A stretch of DNA of 64,000 nt. Origin: Methanomassiliicoccales archaeon (GTDB taxonomy: Archaea > Thermoplasmatota > Thermoplasmata > Methanomassiliicoccales > UBA472). A program made the position numbers and the translations under genes. Every line of letters begins with the position of its first letter. Within the stretch, counting starts at the first letter, position 1. The notes beneath the pieces are model-generated. The model made no database searches. It was not told the origin of the DNA and saw only the letters and a program-made list of their open reading frames with translations. Where the stretch lies: contig JAPKYJ010000024.1 in the NCBI GenBank assembly GCA_026394375.1, positions 35,259 to 99,258 of the forward strand. The letters run 5' to 3'. Shown in pieces: positions 19,512 through 29,376 of this stretch.

Positions 19512-21389
19512 ATGGAAGGCAGTTCAAACGCTGGTGCTAAGCCTGCCCGCAGCGGAAGGACGATGATTATCGCCGCCGTTATCGTGATAATCCTCATCGC
19601 CGCCGCAGCAGCAGTGATGCTTACCCAGTCGAGTACCACCGAAAAGAAGCCCAACAACTGGTTGGACAGGGGCTTCAGCTTGGAAATCTATTACAACAGT
19701 GGCAACACTGCAAGACAGACCGGATGTCAACTGATGAAGACGAACCTAGAGAGCCTCAACCCCGGGAAGATCCACATCACGGTCACCGGCCTTGAATGGT
19801 CCCAATACCTAGCGTTGCAGAGGTCAGGCGCCATGCCGCTCTTCTTCCTAGGATGGGCGCCTGACTACGCGGACCCGAACGACTACACTGTGCCGTTCTT
19901 ACTCTCCCAGGGTACGTACCTGCGCAGCCTTGGCTACTCGAGCCCATTCCTGGACTCCATGGTGAGGCAGAGCGCGACCGAACTCAACGAGACGGTGCGT
20001 TCAAACCAGCTGCACGAGATAGCCCTGGCGGTGCAGAAGGAATGCCTGTACGTCTGGATGGCTCAGGGTGCGAACCTGTACGCGGGCAACAAGTGGATCA
20101 CCGGCTTTGAGTTCAACCCAATGTACTCCAACCTGTACTACTACCTGCTCAACAAGACCTCTAGCATACCCGCTAACCCGATCGACACCTTCACCTTTGG
20201 TACGATCGCAGGCAACCCCGACTACCTCGACCCGGCTCAGGACTACGAGACGGCGGGCGGCGAGGTACTCCAGAACGTGTTCGAGACCCTGGTGTTCTAC
20301 AACGGGTCCCACGCTTCGGAGTTCATCCCAATGCTCGCCACTGAAATACCAACGGTGGCGAATGGGGGCATCAGCGCAGACGGCCTGCACTACACGTTCC
20401 ACATCCGGGACGGCGTGAAGTTCCACGACGGCAGCGACCTCATCGCGCAGGACGTGAAGTTCAGCTTCGAAAGGGAGCTGCGCCTGAACGACGGTGCCGG
20501 GCCGGCTTGGATCCTCGGTGAAGTGATGATTCCGGACTACTACGACTACGGCTCAGCGATCTTCGACAGCAGCGGCACTATGACAGGCGGAATCAGCGAC
20601 CAGTCGATCTTCGACAACGCCATGTGGGTCATGGACGACCACACCATCATGATCAACCTGACGGTCAACGACCCGGCGTTTGTCTCCAGGCTGGCGTTCA
20701 ACTCGGCCTCTGTCCTTTCGCTGAACAACACGAAGGCGCACTCGTCGGACCTGCCCTTCTCGGAAGACGCGTTCGACTGGGTCAACACCAACCCGATCGG
20801 CACTGGTGCCTACAAGTTCTTGGAGTTCATATCGAACGATCACGTGGCCATGGACCGCTGGGACGGATACTGGCGCGCGCCTGCTAAGATCAAGAACGTT
20901 CTGGTCCTGCAGGTACCGACCGACAACGCGAGGGCCAGTGGCCTGATCGCGGGCACATTGGACGCGGCGATCATCCCAAGGGCGATCCAGGAGACACTGT
21001 ACAGCCACACTAATATAGAACTGATTAACAGTTCGACGTTCAACGTGAACTTCTTGGGTCTGAACCAGAACATCAACACAACTGGACTCAACAAGGAGCT
21101 GAACAACATCCCGGCTGACTTCTTCCGCGACCTGACCGTCAGGAAGGCGTTCGCGTATGCGTTCGACTTCGACACCTACAACGACCAGGTGATGAAGGGC
21201 ATGGCAATCCAACCGAACGGTGTGGTGCCGAAGGGCATGTTTGGCTACTTCGACGACGTCCCCGCGTACGAGTTCGACCTCGTGAAAGCGGCGGCGATGT
21301 TGAAGGGCACGAAGATTCCGACAGATAGTCAGTTCGAGATCTCGATTCTCGCTGAGCTTATCGCCAGGGACCAAACGCTATCAATTTGA
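19512..21389 (+). CDS. Peptide/nickel ABC transporter substrate-binding protein (family 5), circularly permuted
   Basis: N-terminal TM anchor; family-5 motifs LDPA, YTFHIRDGVKFHDG, PIGTGAY, VRKAFAYAFD and GWAPDYADP all present but in permuted order. Confidence 0.88.
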   Translation: MEGSSNAGAKPARSGRTMIIAAVIVIILIAAAAAVMLTQSSTTEKKPNNWLDRGFSLEIYYNSGNTARQTGCQLMKTNLESLNPGKIHITVTGLEWSQYLALQRSGAMPLFFLGWAPDYADPNDYTVPFLLSQGTYLRSLGYSSPFLDSMVRQSATELNETVRSNQLHEIALAVQKECLYVWMAQGANLYAGNKWITGFEFNPMYSNLYYYLLNKTSSIPANPIDTFTFGTIAGNPDYLDPAQDYETAGGEVLQNVFETLVFYNGSHASEFIPMLATEIPTVANGGISADGLHYTFHIRDGVKFHDGSDLIAQDVKFSFERELRLNDGAGPAWILGEVMIPDYYDYGSAIFDSSGTMTGGISDQSIFDNAMWVMDDHTIMINLTVNDPAFVSRLAFNSASVLSLNNTKAHSSDLPFSEDAFDWVNTNPIGTGAYKFLEFISNDHVAMDRWDGYWRAPAKIKNVLVLQVPTDNARASGLIAGTLDAAIIPRAIQETLYSHTNIELINSSTFNVNFLGLNQNINTTGLNKELNNIPADFFRDLTVRKAFAYAFDFDTYNDQVMKGMAIQPNGVVPKGMFGYFDDVPAYEFDLVKAAAMLKGTKIPTDSQFEISILAELIARDQTLSI

Positions 21390-21421
21390 GAGGGCTTCTG
21401 GCCCTCATATCTCATTTTTTT
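21390..21421 (+). terminator. Hairpin plus T-tract after the SBP gene
   Basis: GAGGGC-TTCTG-GCCCTC followed by TTTTTTT. Confidence 0.6.
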
Positions 21422-21877
21422 CTTGCCTCTCGCTTGCTCAACCCATCCGTCCGGGTTCCGCCGATTCCAACCGATGCGAAAGCCTAATTCTAGCCGATTA
21501 TTCCGTTCCTTTAGCGTTCCTCGGATCACAGACCATTTCCGGCGGACTGGCACTGACCACTGAAAGCGGACTACGCCGTGCATTCAGTGGCCGCTCGACG
21601 CCTGCGTGGAAAGGCGAGGCAAAGCCCGAGCCACTGTGATGTCGGTTTCGGCTTCGAGAGCCCGGCTCAACGTATGCAGGGCGGAGCCGCTCGCGGCAAC
21701 GATTCTTCCGTGTGGCGCGCCCGCTGAACGCACATTGTTTAAATAGCGGCGCCGTGTTCAGAAACAGTAAGTCAGGCAGGGTTTGGCTATGGTTTATCTA
21801 GCGGCATCGCGTTCAAGAAATTGCCCTGCATTATCGAAGCGCGATAGGAGTGGGCTCTTCGGAAGGGGGATCTGTAA

Positions 21878-22900
21878 ATGAGGATGTACCAGTTTGTGAT
21901 CAGAAGGCTTTTCCTACTCATTCCGGTGCTGATTGGTGTTTCGATCATCGTTTTCGCGTTGACAAGATTCACTGGCGATCCCGGCGCCGCCTACATCAAC
22001 CCGAAGATGTCAGAGAGCCAGATACAACAGGTCTACGCGAAATACCACTTCGACCAGTCGGCGATAAACCAATATTTTTACTGGCTCAATGGCCTGTTCC
22101 AGGGTGACTGGGGATGGTCCACTTCTGCGGATGAGCCGGTCACCAAGGCGATCGGGGAGAAATTTGCGGCAACATTTGAACTCGCGGCGGTGAGCATGGT
22201 CATCGCGATCGTCGTCGGGATCGCGCTGGGCACCACCGCGGCCGTCAAGAGGAACAAGCCGTTCGATCACGTGACGAGGGTGGTTTCCCTTATCGGCGTT
22301 TCGCTCCCGATATTCGTTCTCGGACTCCTCCTGCTTTACGTGTTCAGTTTCAACCTCGGATGGTTCCCGGACGGCGGAAGGGTCAGCAACACATACATAT
22401 TCGAGGCCGGAGGGGTACCTCGCATGACCGGTTTCGTGCTGATAGACTCGCTCCTGGTCGGCAATTACGGGCTGTTCTCGAACGCGGTATGGCACATGGT
22501 CCTGCCGGCGATAGCGCTGGCATTCGCGTCAATCGCGATCATTACAAGAATGATGAGGAACAGCATGCTCGAGGTGCTTGGCCTGGATTTCGTGAGGACG
22601 GCTAGGGCGAAGGGCGTGCCGGAGTCGGCCGTGATCCGGCGGCATGCCAGGAAGAACGCGCTCATTCCCACTACGACCGTGATCGGGTTGGTGTTCGGAG
22701 GAATGCTAGGGGGAGCGGTCCTCACCGAGAGCATTTTCAGATGGAACGGATTGGGCAGGTGGTCGGCTCAGGCTGTCATGGGGCAGGACATCGCTTCCAT
22801 CATGGGATTCGTGCTGCTCACGGCCATCATCTACGTGATCGTCAACCTAATTGTAGACGTCCTTTACGCGTACCTGGACCCGAGGGTCCGATTGGAGTAA
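21878..22900 (+). CDS. dppB: Peptide ABC transporter permease (DppB/OppB)
   Basis: RRLFLLIPVLIGVS, DFVRTARAKG, HARKNALIP, DVLYAYLDPRVR. Confidence 0.92.
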   Translation: MRMYQFVIRRLFLLIPVLIGVSIIVFALTRFTGDPGAAYINPKMSESQIQQVYAKYHFDQSAINQYFYWLNGLFQGDWGWSTSADEPVTKAIGEKFAATFELAAVSMVIAIVVGIALGTTAAVKRNKPFDHVTRVVSLIGVSLPIFVLGLLLLYVFSFNLGWFPDGGRVSNTYIFEAGGVPRMTGFVLIDSLLVGNYGLFSNAVWHMVLPAIALAFASIAIITRMMRNSMLEVLGLDFVRTARAKGVPESAVIRRHARKNALIPTTTVIGLVFGGMLGGAVLTESIFRWNGLGRWSAQAVMGQDIASIMGFVLLTAIIYVIVNLIVDVLYAYLDPRVRLE

Positions 22901-22905
22901 TCTAG

Positions 22906-23871
22906 ATGGCGGGAGTACCTATACAGAGCCAGAAGAGCTTCGCCGACTCGCTGATGGCGGAGCTGAGGCCCAGGTTGAGGGAGGCGCGCAAGTCCTGGGA
23001 CCTGATCCGGACCAACTATACCGCAATGGCCGGTCTCTTCATGGTCGTGTTCATGGTCGCCGTGGCCCTGCTCGCCCCCGTTTTGGCGCCGCCCACGCCC
23101 TTCACCGACCCGCTCGAGATCCCCCGCGACTGGAGGTTTGCCAACCCCATCCCCCCCGGAGCTGAGGGGCACGTATTCGGGACCGGCACCAACGGCCTCG
23201 ACATGTTCTACGGCGTCATCTGGGGGGCGCGTACTACTCTAGTAGCATCGCTGTTCGTGGTGCTCACGTCGGCGATCATCGGGTTGGCGATTGGGGCCGT
23301 CGCAGGCTTCTACGGCGGCTGGATCGACGAGGCCTTGATGAGAATAACCGATGTCTTCCTTTCCCTACCAGCGCTGATCCTTGCCATGGCCATCACTTCG
23401 GTGCTTACCCGGAGCCTCAACAATATCATGCTCGCCCTCATCATCGTCTGGTGGCCCGGCTACGCGAGGCTGATGCGGGGGCAAGTGCTCATCATACGAG
23501 AGAGCATCTACGTGGAGGCGGCGCGCTCCATCGGAGCGCGGACGAGCCGCATCCTGTTCCGACACATTGTCCCTAACTCCCTCTCGCCCTTGGTGGTCAA
23601 CGTGACCCTAGACTTGGGAGCGGTGGCCCTGACCATGGCCGGGTTGTCCTTCATCGGGTTCGGCGTGCCCTCGGGCTTCGCGGAATGGGGCCGCATGGTT
23701 TCGGACGGCCAACTGTGGATGCCTCCGATTATGGTAATTTACAATGGCGCCGAGTACAACGCCTGGTGGACCTGGGCGATACCCGGGCTGTTCATATTGA
23801 TATTCACGATGGGCTTCTCCCTGCTTGGGGATGGCCTGAGGGACATTCTCGACCCAAGGACCAGAAGGTGA
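22906..23871 (+). CDS. dppC: Peptide ABC transporter permease (DppC/OppC)
   Basis: YVEAARSIGA, RHIVPNS, LLGDGLRDILDPR. Confidence 0.92.
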   Translation: MAGVPIQSQKSFADSLMAELRPRLREARKSWDLIRTNYTAMAGLFMVVFMVAVALLAPVLAPPTPFTDPLEIPRDWRFANPIPPGAEGHVFGTGTNGLDMFYGVIWGARTTLVASLFVVLTSAIIGLAIGAVAGFYGGWIDEALMRITDVFLSLPALILAMAITSVLTRSLNNIMLALIIVWWPGYARLMRGQVLIIRESIYVEAARSIGARTSRILFRHIVPNSLSPLVVNVTLDLGAVALTMAGLSFIGFGVPSGFAEWGRMVSDGQLWMPPIMVIYNGAEYNAWWTWAIPGLFILIFTMGFSLLGDGLRDILDPRTRR

Positions 23872-23878
23872 TGCACTG

Positions 23879-25390
23879 ATGAACGAAGAGAAGATACTGG
23901 AGATCCGGGACCTTTACGTGAATTTCTACACCAAATCGGGTGTCGTCAAGGCTCTGGACGGAATCAGTTTCAGCATCGCCAAAGGGGAGACGTTCGGCCT
24001 GGTGGGCGAGAGCGGGTGCGGCAAGACCGTCACCGCCAACTGCGTGCTCCGCCTCATCGCCGAGCCGCCAGGTAAAATGGAGAGCGGCAGCATCATCTTC
24101 TCTCCGGACCTAAAGGGGATCGAGACCAGGATCGCCACCCTGGAGGTGGAGAAGATCGAGGACGACCACGAGCTGAGCTACCTTCGCAAGCGGGTGGAGG
24201 TGCTCAGGGAACAGAGGGCGAAGGAGGACAGCGTCAAGGCCAAGATCGCCGACCTGGAGAAGGCGGGAGGCTCGGCCGAAGATCTGGCGAAAGCAAAGGA
24301 GGAGCTCCTGGCCCTGGAGTCCGAGAACGACATCCTGAAATTCGACCGCGCCCACCTTCAGAAGCTACGGGGGAAGTCGATCTCCATGATATTCCAGGAG
24401 CCAATGAGCGCTCTCAACCCGGTCTTCACCGCCGCTGACCAGATATCCGAGGTGCTGCTACTGCACGAACGTTCAGACCTCGCCAAGGCGGTCATCAGGG
24501 AGATGGATCGGCGGGTGAAGGAGATCGATTCCTATCATCATAGGGTGAGCCGGGAGAAGACGGTGAAGGGGGAATTCAAGTGCAGCAACTGCGGCGCCCT
24601 CATGGCCGAGGAGGTCGATTGCTGCCCACAGTGCGCCGGCAGCTTTAGCAGCCAGCCGTTGCGGGCCCTTGAGAAGTGGCGTCTGAAGTTCAACCGCCGG
24701 TACTATGTGCTGATGGCGAAGAACCCCGATTCCCGCCGGCTCCGGTACGCGGCCAAAATACCGATCTTGCGTCGCTACATGCACTTCGCCAAGGAGGAGG
24801 CGGGCGCCCGGGCCGAGCGCATGCTCCGGCTGGTGCGCATCCCCGATCCGAGGAACGTGATGAAGTCCTATCCTCACGAGCTGTCGGGAGGGATGCAGCA
24901 GAGGGTCATGATCGCAATGGCCCTAGCCTGTCGCCCGAAACTGCTGATCGCGGACGAGCCCACCACCGCGCTGGACGTCACCGTCCAAGCGCAGATACTC
25001 AAGCTCATGCGGGACCTCCAGTTGGAGACCGGCACCTCGATCATGCTCATCACTCACAACTTGGGGGTGGTGGCGGAGACCTGCGACCGGGTCGGCGTGA
25101 TGTACGCGGGCACCATGGCCGAGATCGCCTCCACTATGGACATCTTCAAGGATCCCTTGCACCCCTACACTCAGGGCCTGATGCATCTCATTCCCAAAAT
25201 CAACGTCGATATCGAGCGGCTGGAGACCATCGAGGGCGTGGTGCCTAATCTAATGGAGCCCCCTCCAGGATGCCGCTTCCATCCCCGCTGTTCATACGCG
25301 ATGGAGGCGTGCAAGCGCATCAAGCCGATAATGCGCGAGGTCCGACCCGGCCACTTCGCCGCCTGTCATCTGTTCGAGGGGGCGAAATGA
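23879..25390 (+). CDS. dppD: Peptide ABC transporter ATP-binding protein with coiled-coil and Zn-ribbon insertions
   Basis: [37 protein letters not shown] oligo-HPY tail. Confidence 0.92.
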   Translation: MNEEKILEIRDLYVNFYTKSGVVKALDGISFSIAKGETFGLVGESGCGKTVTANCVLRLIAEPPGKMESGSIIFSPDLKGIETRIATLEVEKIEDDHELSYLRKRVEVLREQRAKEDSVKAKIADLEKAGGSAEDLAKAKEELLALESENDILKFDRAHLQKLRGKSISMIFQEPMSALNPVFTAADQISEVLLLHERSDLAKAVIREMDRRVKEIDSYHHRVSREKTVKGEFKCSNCGALMAEEVDCCPQCAGSFSSQPLRALEKWRLKFNRRYYVLMAKNPDSRRLRYAAKIPILRRYMHFAKEEAGARAERMLRLVRIPDPRNVMKSYPHELSGGMQQRVMIAMALACRPKLLIADEPTTALDVTVQAQILKLMRDLQLETGTSIMLITHNLGVVAETCDRVGVMYAGTMAEIASTMDIFKDPLHPYTQGLMHLIPKINVDIERLETIEGVVPNLMEPPPGCRFHPRCSYAMEACKRIKPIMREVRPGHFAACHLFEGAK

Positions 25391-26487
25391 TGGAGCAGCA
25401 GCAGGTGCTGATCGAGGCCAGGCAGCTGAAGAAGCATTTCCCCATCCGCTCCGGGCTGATCCGTAGGAGCGTGGGGGCGGTACGTGCCATCGACGGCATC
25501 GATATCGCGCTCCACAAGGGCGAGACCTTGGGGCTGGTCGGAGAGTCCGGTTGCGGCAAGACCACCACCGGCCGCTGCCTCCTACAGCTCACCCCGCCCA
25601 CGGACGGGAACGTCTACTACAAGATGCCGGTCGAGGTCCGGCAGGAGATGCTCAAGCTCGAGGCGGAGGAGGTAGAACTGGTAAGCAAGAATCCCACCGA
25701 GAAGAAGAAGCTCCGCCCCACCATCGACCGGCTGGAGCAGATCCGAGACCAGTACGCTCTGAACCGCAAGAAGGGCGAGGCCATGCGCGCCATTCGCCGG
25801 GAGATGCAGGTGGTGTTCCAGGACCCCTATTCCTCCCTGAACCCCAGGATGCTCATCAAGGATGTCATCGCCGAACCCCTCCTGGTGCACGGCGTGGCGC
25901 GGCGCGGCGAAACGCTGGCGCGGGTGGATGCCCTCCTGAAAAGGGTCGGCCTCGACTCCGACCATCTGTACCGCTATCCACACGAGTTCAGCGGCGGGCA
26001 GAGACAGAGGATCGGGGTGGCCCGGGCCCTGGCGCTCAACCCGGGCGTGGTGGTGCTGGACGAGCCCACCTCGGCGCTGGACGTGTCGGTGCAGGCTCAG
26101 ATACTGAACATGCTCAACGATCTGCAATCAGAGTTCAACCTGACCTATCTATTCATATCGCACGACCTGAGCACCATCCGCTACATGTGCGACCGCATCG
26201 GGGTCATGTACCTTGGCAAGGTCGTGGAGATGGCGAGCAAGCAGGACCTGTTCTCCAAGCCGCTGCATCCCTACACGGAGGCGCTGCTTTCCGCGATCCC
26301 GATCCCCGACCCGACGATGAAGCGGCACCCGATTCTGCTCAGTGGGGATGTGCCATCGCCGGCGAAGCCGCCCCCGGGATGCCGGTTCCACACCCGGTGC
26401 CGCTACCGGGAAGCGATATGCGAGAAAGTCGAACCGCCGCTGGTCGACAAGGGCAACGGCCATATGGCCGCTTGCCACTTCCGCTGA
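25387..26487 (+). CDS. dppF: Peptide ABC transporter ATP-binding protein with helical insertion
   Basis: [42 protein letters not shown]. Confidence 0.92.
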   Translation: MMEQQQVLIEARQLKKHFPIRSGLIRRSVGAVRAIDGIDIALHKGETLGLVGESGCGKTTTGRCLLQLTPPTDGNVYYKMPVEVRQEMLKLEAEEVELVSKNPTEKKKLRPTIDRLEQIRDQYALNRKKGEAMRAIRREMQVVFQDPYSSLNPRMLIKDVIAEPLLVHGVARRGETLARVDALLKRVGLDSDHLYRYPHEFSGGQRQRIGVARALALNPGVVVLDEPTSALDVSVQAQILNMLNDLQSEFNLTYLFISHDLSTIRYMCDRIGVMYLGKVVEMASKQDLFSKPLHPYTEALLSAIPIPDPTMKRHPILLSGDVPSPAKPPPGCRFHTRCRYREAICEKVEPPLVDKGNGHMAACHFR

Positions 26488-26491
26488 TGGC

Positions 26492-26776
26492 ATGGCCATA
26501 AAGAGAAAGGTCGTGGAGCCGCCGACGGGGACAACCGTCCAGCCTCAGGAACAGGGCGCCCCGCCGCCTCCTCGCAGATCGGAGTGGGTCCGGGAGGAGC
26601 TAGCACGGCGGTACTACTACCTCCTGTGCCTAGCCATAGACGTCTTCGTTCCGCTGCAGATCCTGCAGTGGGTGCCCGGGCTGGCTGGGTTCATTGTGGT
26701 GCTCGTCTTCCTAACAATCGCCATCCTGGCGGAGTTCTACGTGCACCGGCGGTTGTGGCCGCGAGAGATGGAGTAG
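26492..26776 (+). CDS. Small two-TM membrane protein
   Basis: ATG just after the dppF stop; Pro-rich N-terminus then two hydrophobic helices. Confidence 0.6.
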   Translation: MAIKRKVVEPPTGTTVQPQEQGAPPPPRRSEWVREELARRYYYLLCLAIDVFVPLQILQWVPGLAGFIVVLVFLTIAILAEFYVHRRLWPREME

Positions 26777-26879
26777 AGCGGGGAACGATGCTTGGGCCAG
26801 GTCCGCCCAGCGCCGACCTGGCATCAGACTACGGCAAAATACTATTTACCTAAGACGACGATTCGGGCCGGGGAACTAG

Positions 26880-27272
26880 GTGACCGTCGTCAGCATGGAG
26901 GATGTCGTTCTAGCGCTCCATAACACCCTGGGAAAGAAGGGCATGTCGGAGGAGGACATTCAGAAGCTCGCTGAATACCTGATGAGCTTCTTTGGGTACA
27001 CAGACGAGGTCATTGACAACCGACTCACCTCCGAGGACCGGGACGTCTTCTACATGCTCGAGGAGGAGGGGTTCCTCACCACCACTCAAGAGGAAGTGCA
27101 TCTGAAGAAGGGGAAGCTTTGGCGCATCCACTACTGGATCTTGAAGAAGGACCAGATCCTGCGCTTGGTTCAGCGACACGAAGAGGAGCGGCAGAAGAAG
27201 GACGAGTGCTCCGCCGTCTACGATGAAATCTCCGAGGACATGTGGAAGGGTGGTAGGGAAGAGGCGCGATAG
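26880..27272 (+). CDS. Conserved Thermoplasmata protein (DUF6015-like)
   Basis: FFGYTDEVIDNRLTSEDRDVFYMLEEEGFL...GKLWRIHYW pattern recalled for this family; TATA-like TATTTA upstream. Confidence 0.65.
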   Translation: MTVVSMEDVVLALHNTLGKKGMSEEDIQKLAEYLMSFFGYTDEVIDNRLTSEDRDVFYMLEEEGFLTTTQEEVHLKKGKLWRIHYWILKKDQILRLVQRHEEERQKKDECSAVYDEISEDMWKGGREEAR

Positions 27273-27328
27273 TCCACATCAAGAATCCTTTAATAGTGTT
27301 CTCACATTAGAGCGGTCCAGAAGTTGAT

Positions 27329-28939
27329 ATGGCAGACCTCACGCCGTACATCATATTGGTCGCCATCCTCGCGGTATGGATCGGCATCGTTTACTACGTG
27401 AAGAAGAAGGGGGCGCTCTCCAAGTATGGAGTTGGAACGTACGGCCCCCTGATCATGTGGAAGACGCAGGCGGGCAAGAGATTAATTGATCGCCTGGCCA
27501 AGCCCAAGCGCCTCTGGCTGACGTACGCTGCGGCGGCCAAGGTCATCTGCCTGCTGGTAGGCATCTTCATCATGGCCCTCCTCGTATGGGAGGCGACCAT
27601 CGTCAACCGCATCCCGGCGGACCGGGCCCCGACGCCGGAGATGATGCTGGGGATCCCGGGCATCAACCCTGTCATCCCAGTGGTCTACGGCATCATCGGC
27701 CTGATCGTAGGCATCGTGGTGCATGAGTTCGCTCATGGCATACTGACCAGGGTGGGAAATCTCTCGCTAAAATCGCTGGGTGTGATCTTATTGGTCGTGC
27801 CCCTGGGGGCTTTCGTCGAGCCGGACGAGAAGGAGCTCACCAACTCCGATCGCAAACGGAGGTCCAACGTCTACGCCGCCGGTCCTGCGACCAATATAAT
27901 CGTGGCGATATTATGCGCCCTCCTCTTCTCCTCCGTTCTCATGTCCTCGGTCACGGCGGTAAGGGAGAACCCCGTCGTGGTGGGCATCGGAGATGACAGC
28001 CCAGCGAGAATTGGAGGCATGCAGTTCGGCATGCAACTGGAGGAGGTCGGAGGGAAAAGCATCCGCACCTTGGAGGATTTCCAGAGTTTGGCCGCCGACG
28101 ATCCAGGGACTTCCGTTTCCATCACCTACTATTACAACGGTCAGAACCATACCACCACGTCCATTTCCGGGCTGACCCTCATCGACGTCGTGCATGGAAT
28201 GTCCGCCGACAAGGCGGGCATGAAGGCGGGCATGACATTCGTGTCCCTGAACGGCACGGTCATCCGCAACCAGACCAGCCTGGAGACCGTCCTTTCGCAA
28301 ACGAAGCCCTATCAAGTGGTCAACGCCAACATGCTCGAGTACGACTATTCCGCGAGCATGTACAAAAGTGTGAACCTGACCGTGACGCTCTCCAACCGCA
28401 CCGAGTATCTATTGAGAGTGTCTCCCGATCTGGTGAACGCTTCAACGAAGGACCGCGGCTTCCTGGGCGTGAACACCGCCTACATGGGCCTGATCGTGAA
28501 CTCGCCCGACCGGATCATCAACCGCCTCATGAATCCGTATGCAAACGTGAAAGACCCGGGCCAATTCATTTCTGCCACTCTGTTATTCATCGCCTTGCCC
28601 TTCCAAGGATTGGCACCGATCGAATCGCCCCTCTCGGACCTCTTCCTGCCAACCGGGGCCATGGCCGCCCTTCCCTCGGGAGTGTTCTGGTTCATAGCCA
28701 ACTCCTTGTACTGGATATTCTGGATCAATCTGATGTTGGGCATGACCAACGTGCTGCCGGCGGTGCCTTTGGACGGAGGCTACCTGTTCCGGGACGGAAT
28801 GGAATCGCTCATCTCCCGCCTGAAGAAGAACGCCACGGAGAAGGACAGACAGCGCATCGTCGCCACCGTGACCTACGTACTGGCGATAACGGTCTTCTTC
28901 CTAATTATTTGGCAGCTGATAGGCCCGCGCCTTCTATGA
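27329..28939 (+). CDS. Site-2 protease (M50) with PDZ-like domains
   Basis: HEFAH zinc motif, GAFVEPDE, AGPATN, NVLPAVPLDGG. Confidence 0.92.
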   Translation: MADLTPYIILVAILAVWIGIVYYVKKKGALSKYGVGTYGPLIMWKTQAGKRLIDRLAKPKRLWLTYAAAAKVICLLVGIFIMALLVWEATIVNRIPADRAPTPEMMLGIPGINPVIPVVYGIIGLIVGIVVHEFAHGILTRVGNLSLKSLGVILLVVPLGAFVEPDEKELTNSDRKRRSNVYAAGPATNIIVAILCALLFSSVLMSSVTAVRENPVVVGIGDDSPARIGGMQFGMQLEEVGGKSIRTLEDFQSLAADDPGTSVSITYYYNGQNHTTTSISGLTLIDVVHGMSADKAGMKAGMTFVSLNGTVIRNQTSLETVLSQTKPYQVVNANMLEYDYSASMYKSVNLTVTLSNRTEYLLRVSPDLVNASTKDRGFLGVNTAYMGLIVNSPDRIINRLMNPYANVKDPGQFISATLLFIALPFQGLAPIESPLSDLFLPTGAMAALPSGVFWFIANSLYWIFWINLMLGMTNVLPAVPLDGGYLFRDGMESLISRLKKNATEKDRQRIVATVTYVLAITVFFLIIWQLIGPRLL

Positions 28940-28958
28940 TCTGCTGGAAGAGGAATGC

Positions 28959-29219
28959 TTAGGAGCGCTCCAGTTCTATTCGCTCTAAATTGCATTCCGG
29001 GCATATCTCGTAGTCCAAGGCAGCGAAGTTGGAGAAGACCTCAAACACCTGGCCGCAGCATGAGCATTTCTTGAACGCGAGAAAGGGAGCGACATGCTCA
29101 GAGCACTCGATGACGCGGCAGCGTCGGAGGTCGACGCAGGACACGACTTGGCAATTGTCGCATAAGCTCCTTCGCTTGATGTTCACAACGACGTGCTTGC
29201 CTACCTGAACTCTCGTCAA
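28959..29219 (-). CDS. Small Cys-rich putative zinc-finger protein
   Basis: CDNC...C...C and CSCC...CPEC; fills the gap downstream of nrdD. Confidence 0.5.
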   Translation of the reverse strand: MTRVQVGKHVVVNIKRRSLCDNCQVVSCVDLRRCRVIECSEHVAPFLAFKKCSCCGQVFEVFSNFAALDYEICPECNLERIELERS

Positions 29220-29376
29220 ATATTTATCGCTCCGCCTATGTTAGTGTTTGTCACACTTTTTTCCTCGTATTTGAACATTGTCAAGACTGGTTCGAACGGA
29301 GTCTGGGTCAGAGAGAAGCGACAAGATAGAATCAAGAGATGAAGGGGTTTGGACGGGCGCTTTTCGAGAACGACCA

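Noticed and set aside
21422..21877. Long spacer between the SBP gene and dppB as possible riboswitch
   Set aside because: Only weak hairpins and a TATA box; no recognisable aptamer motif
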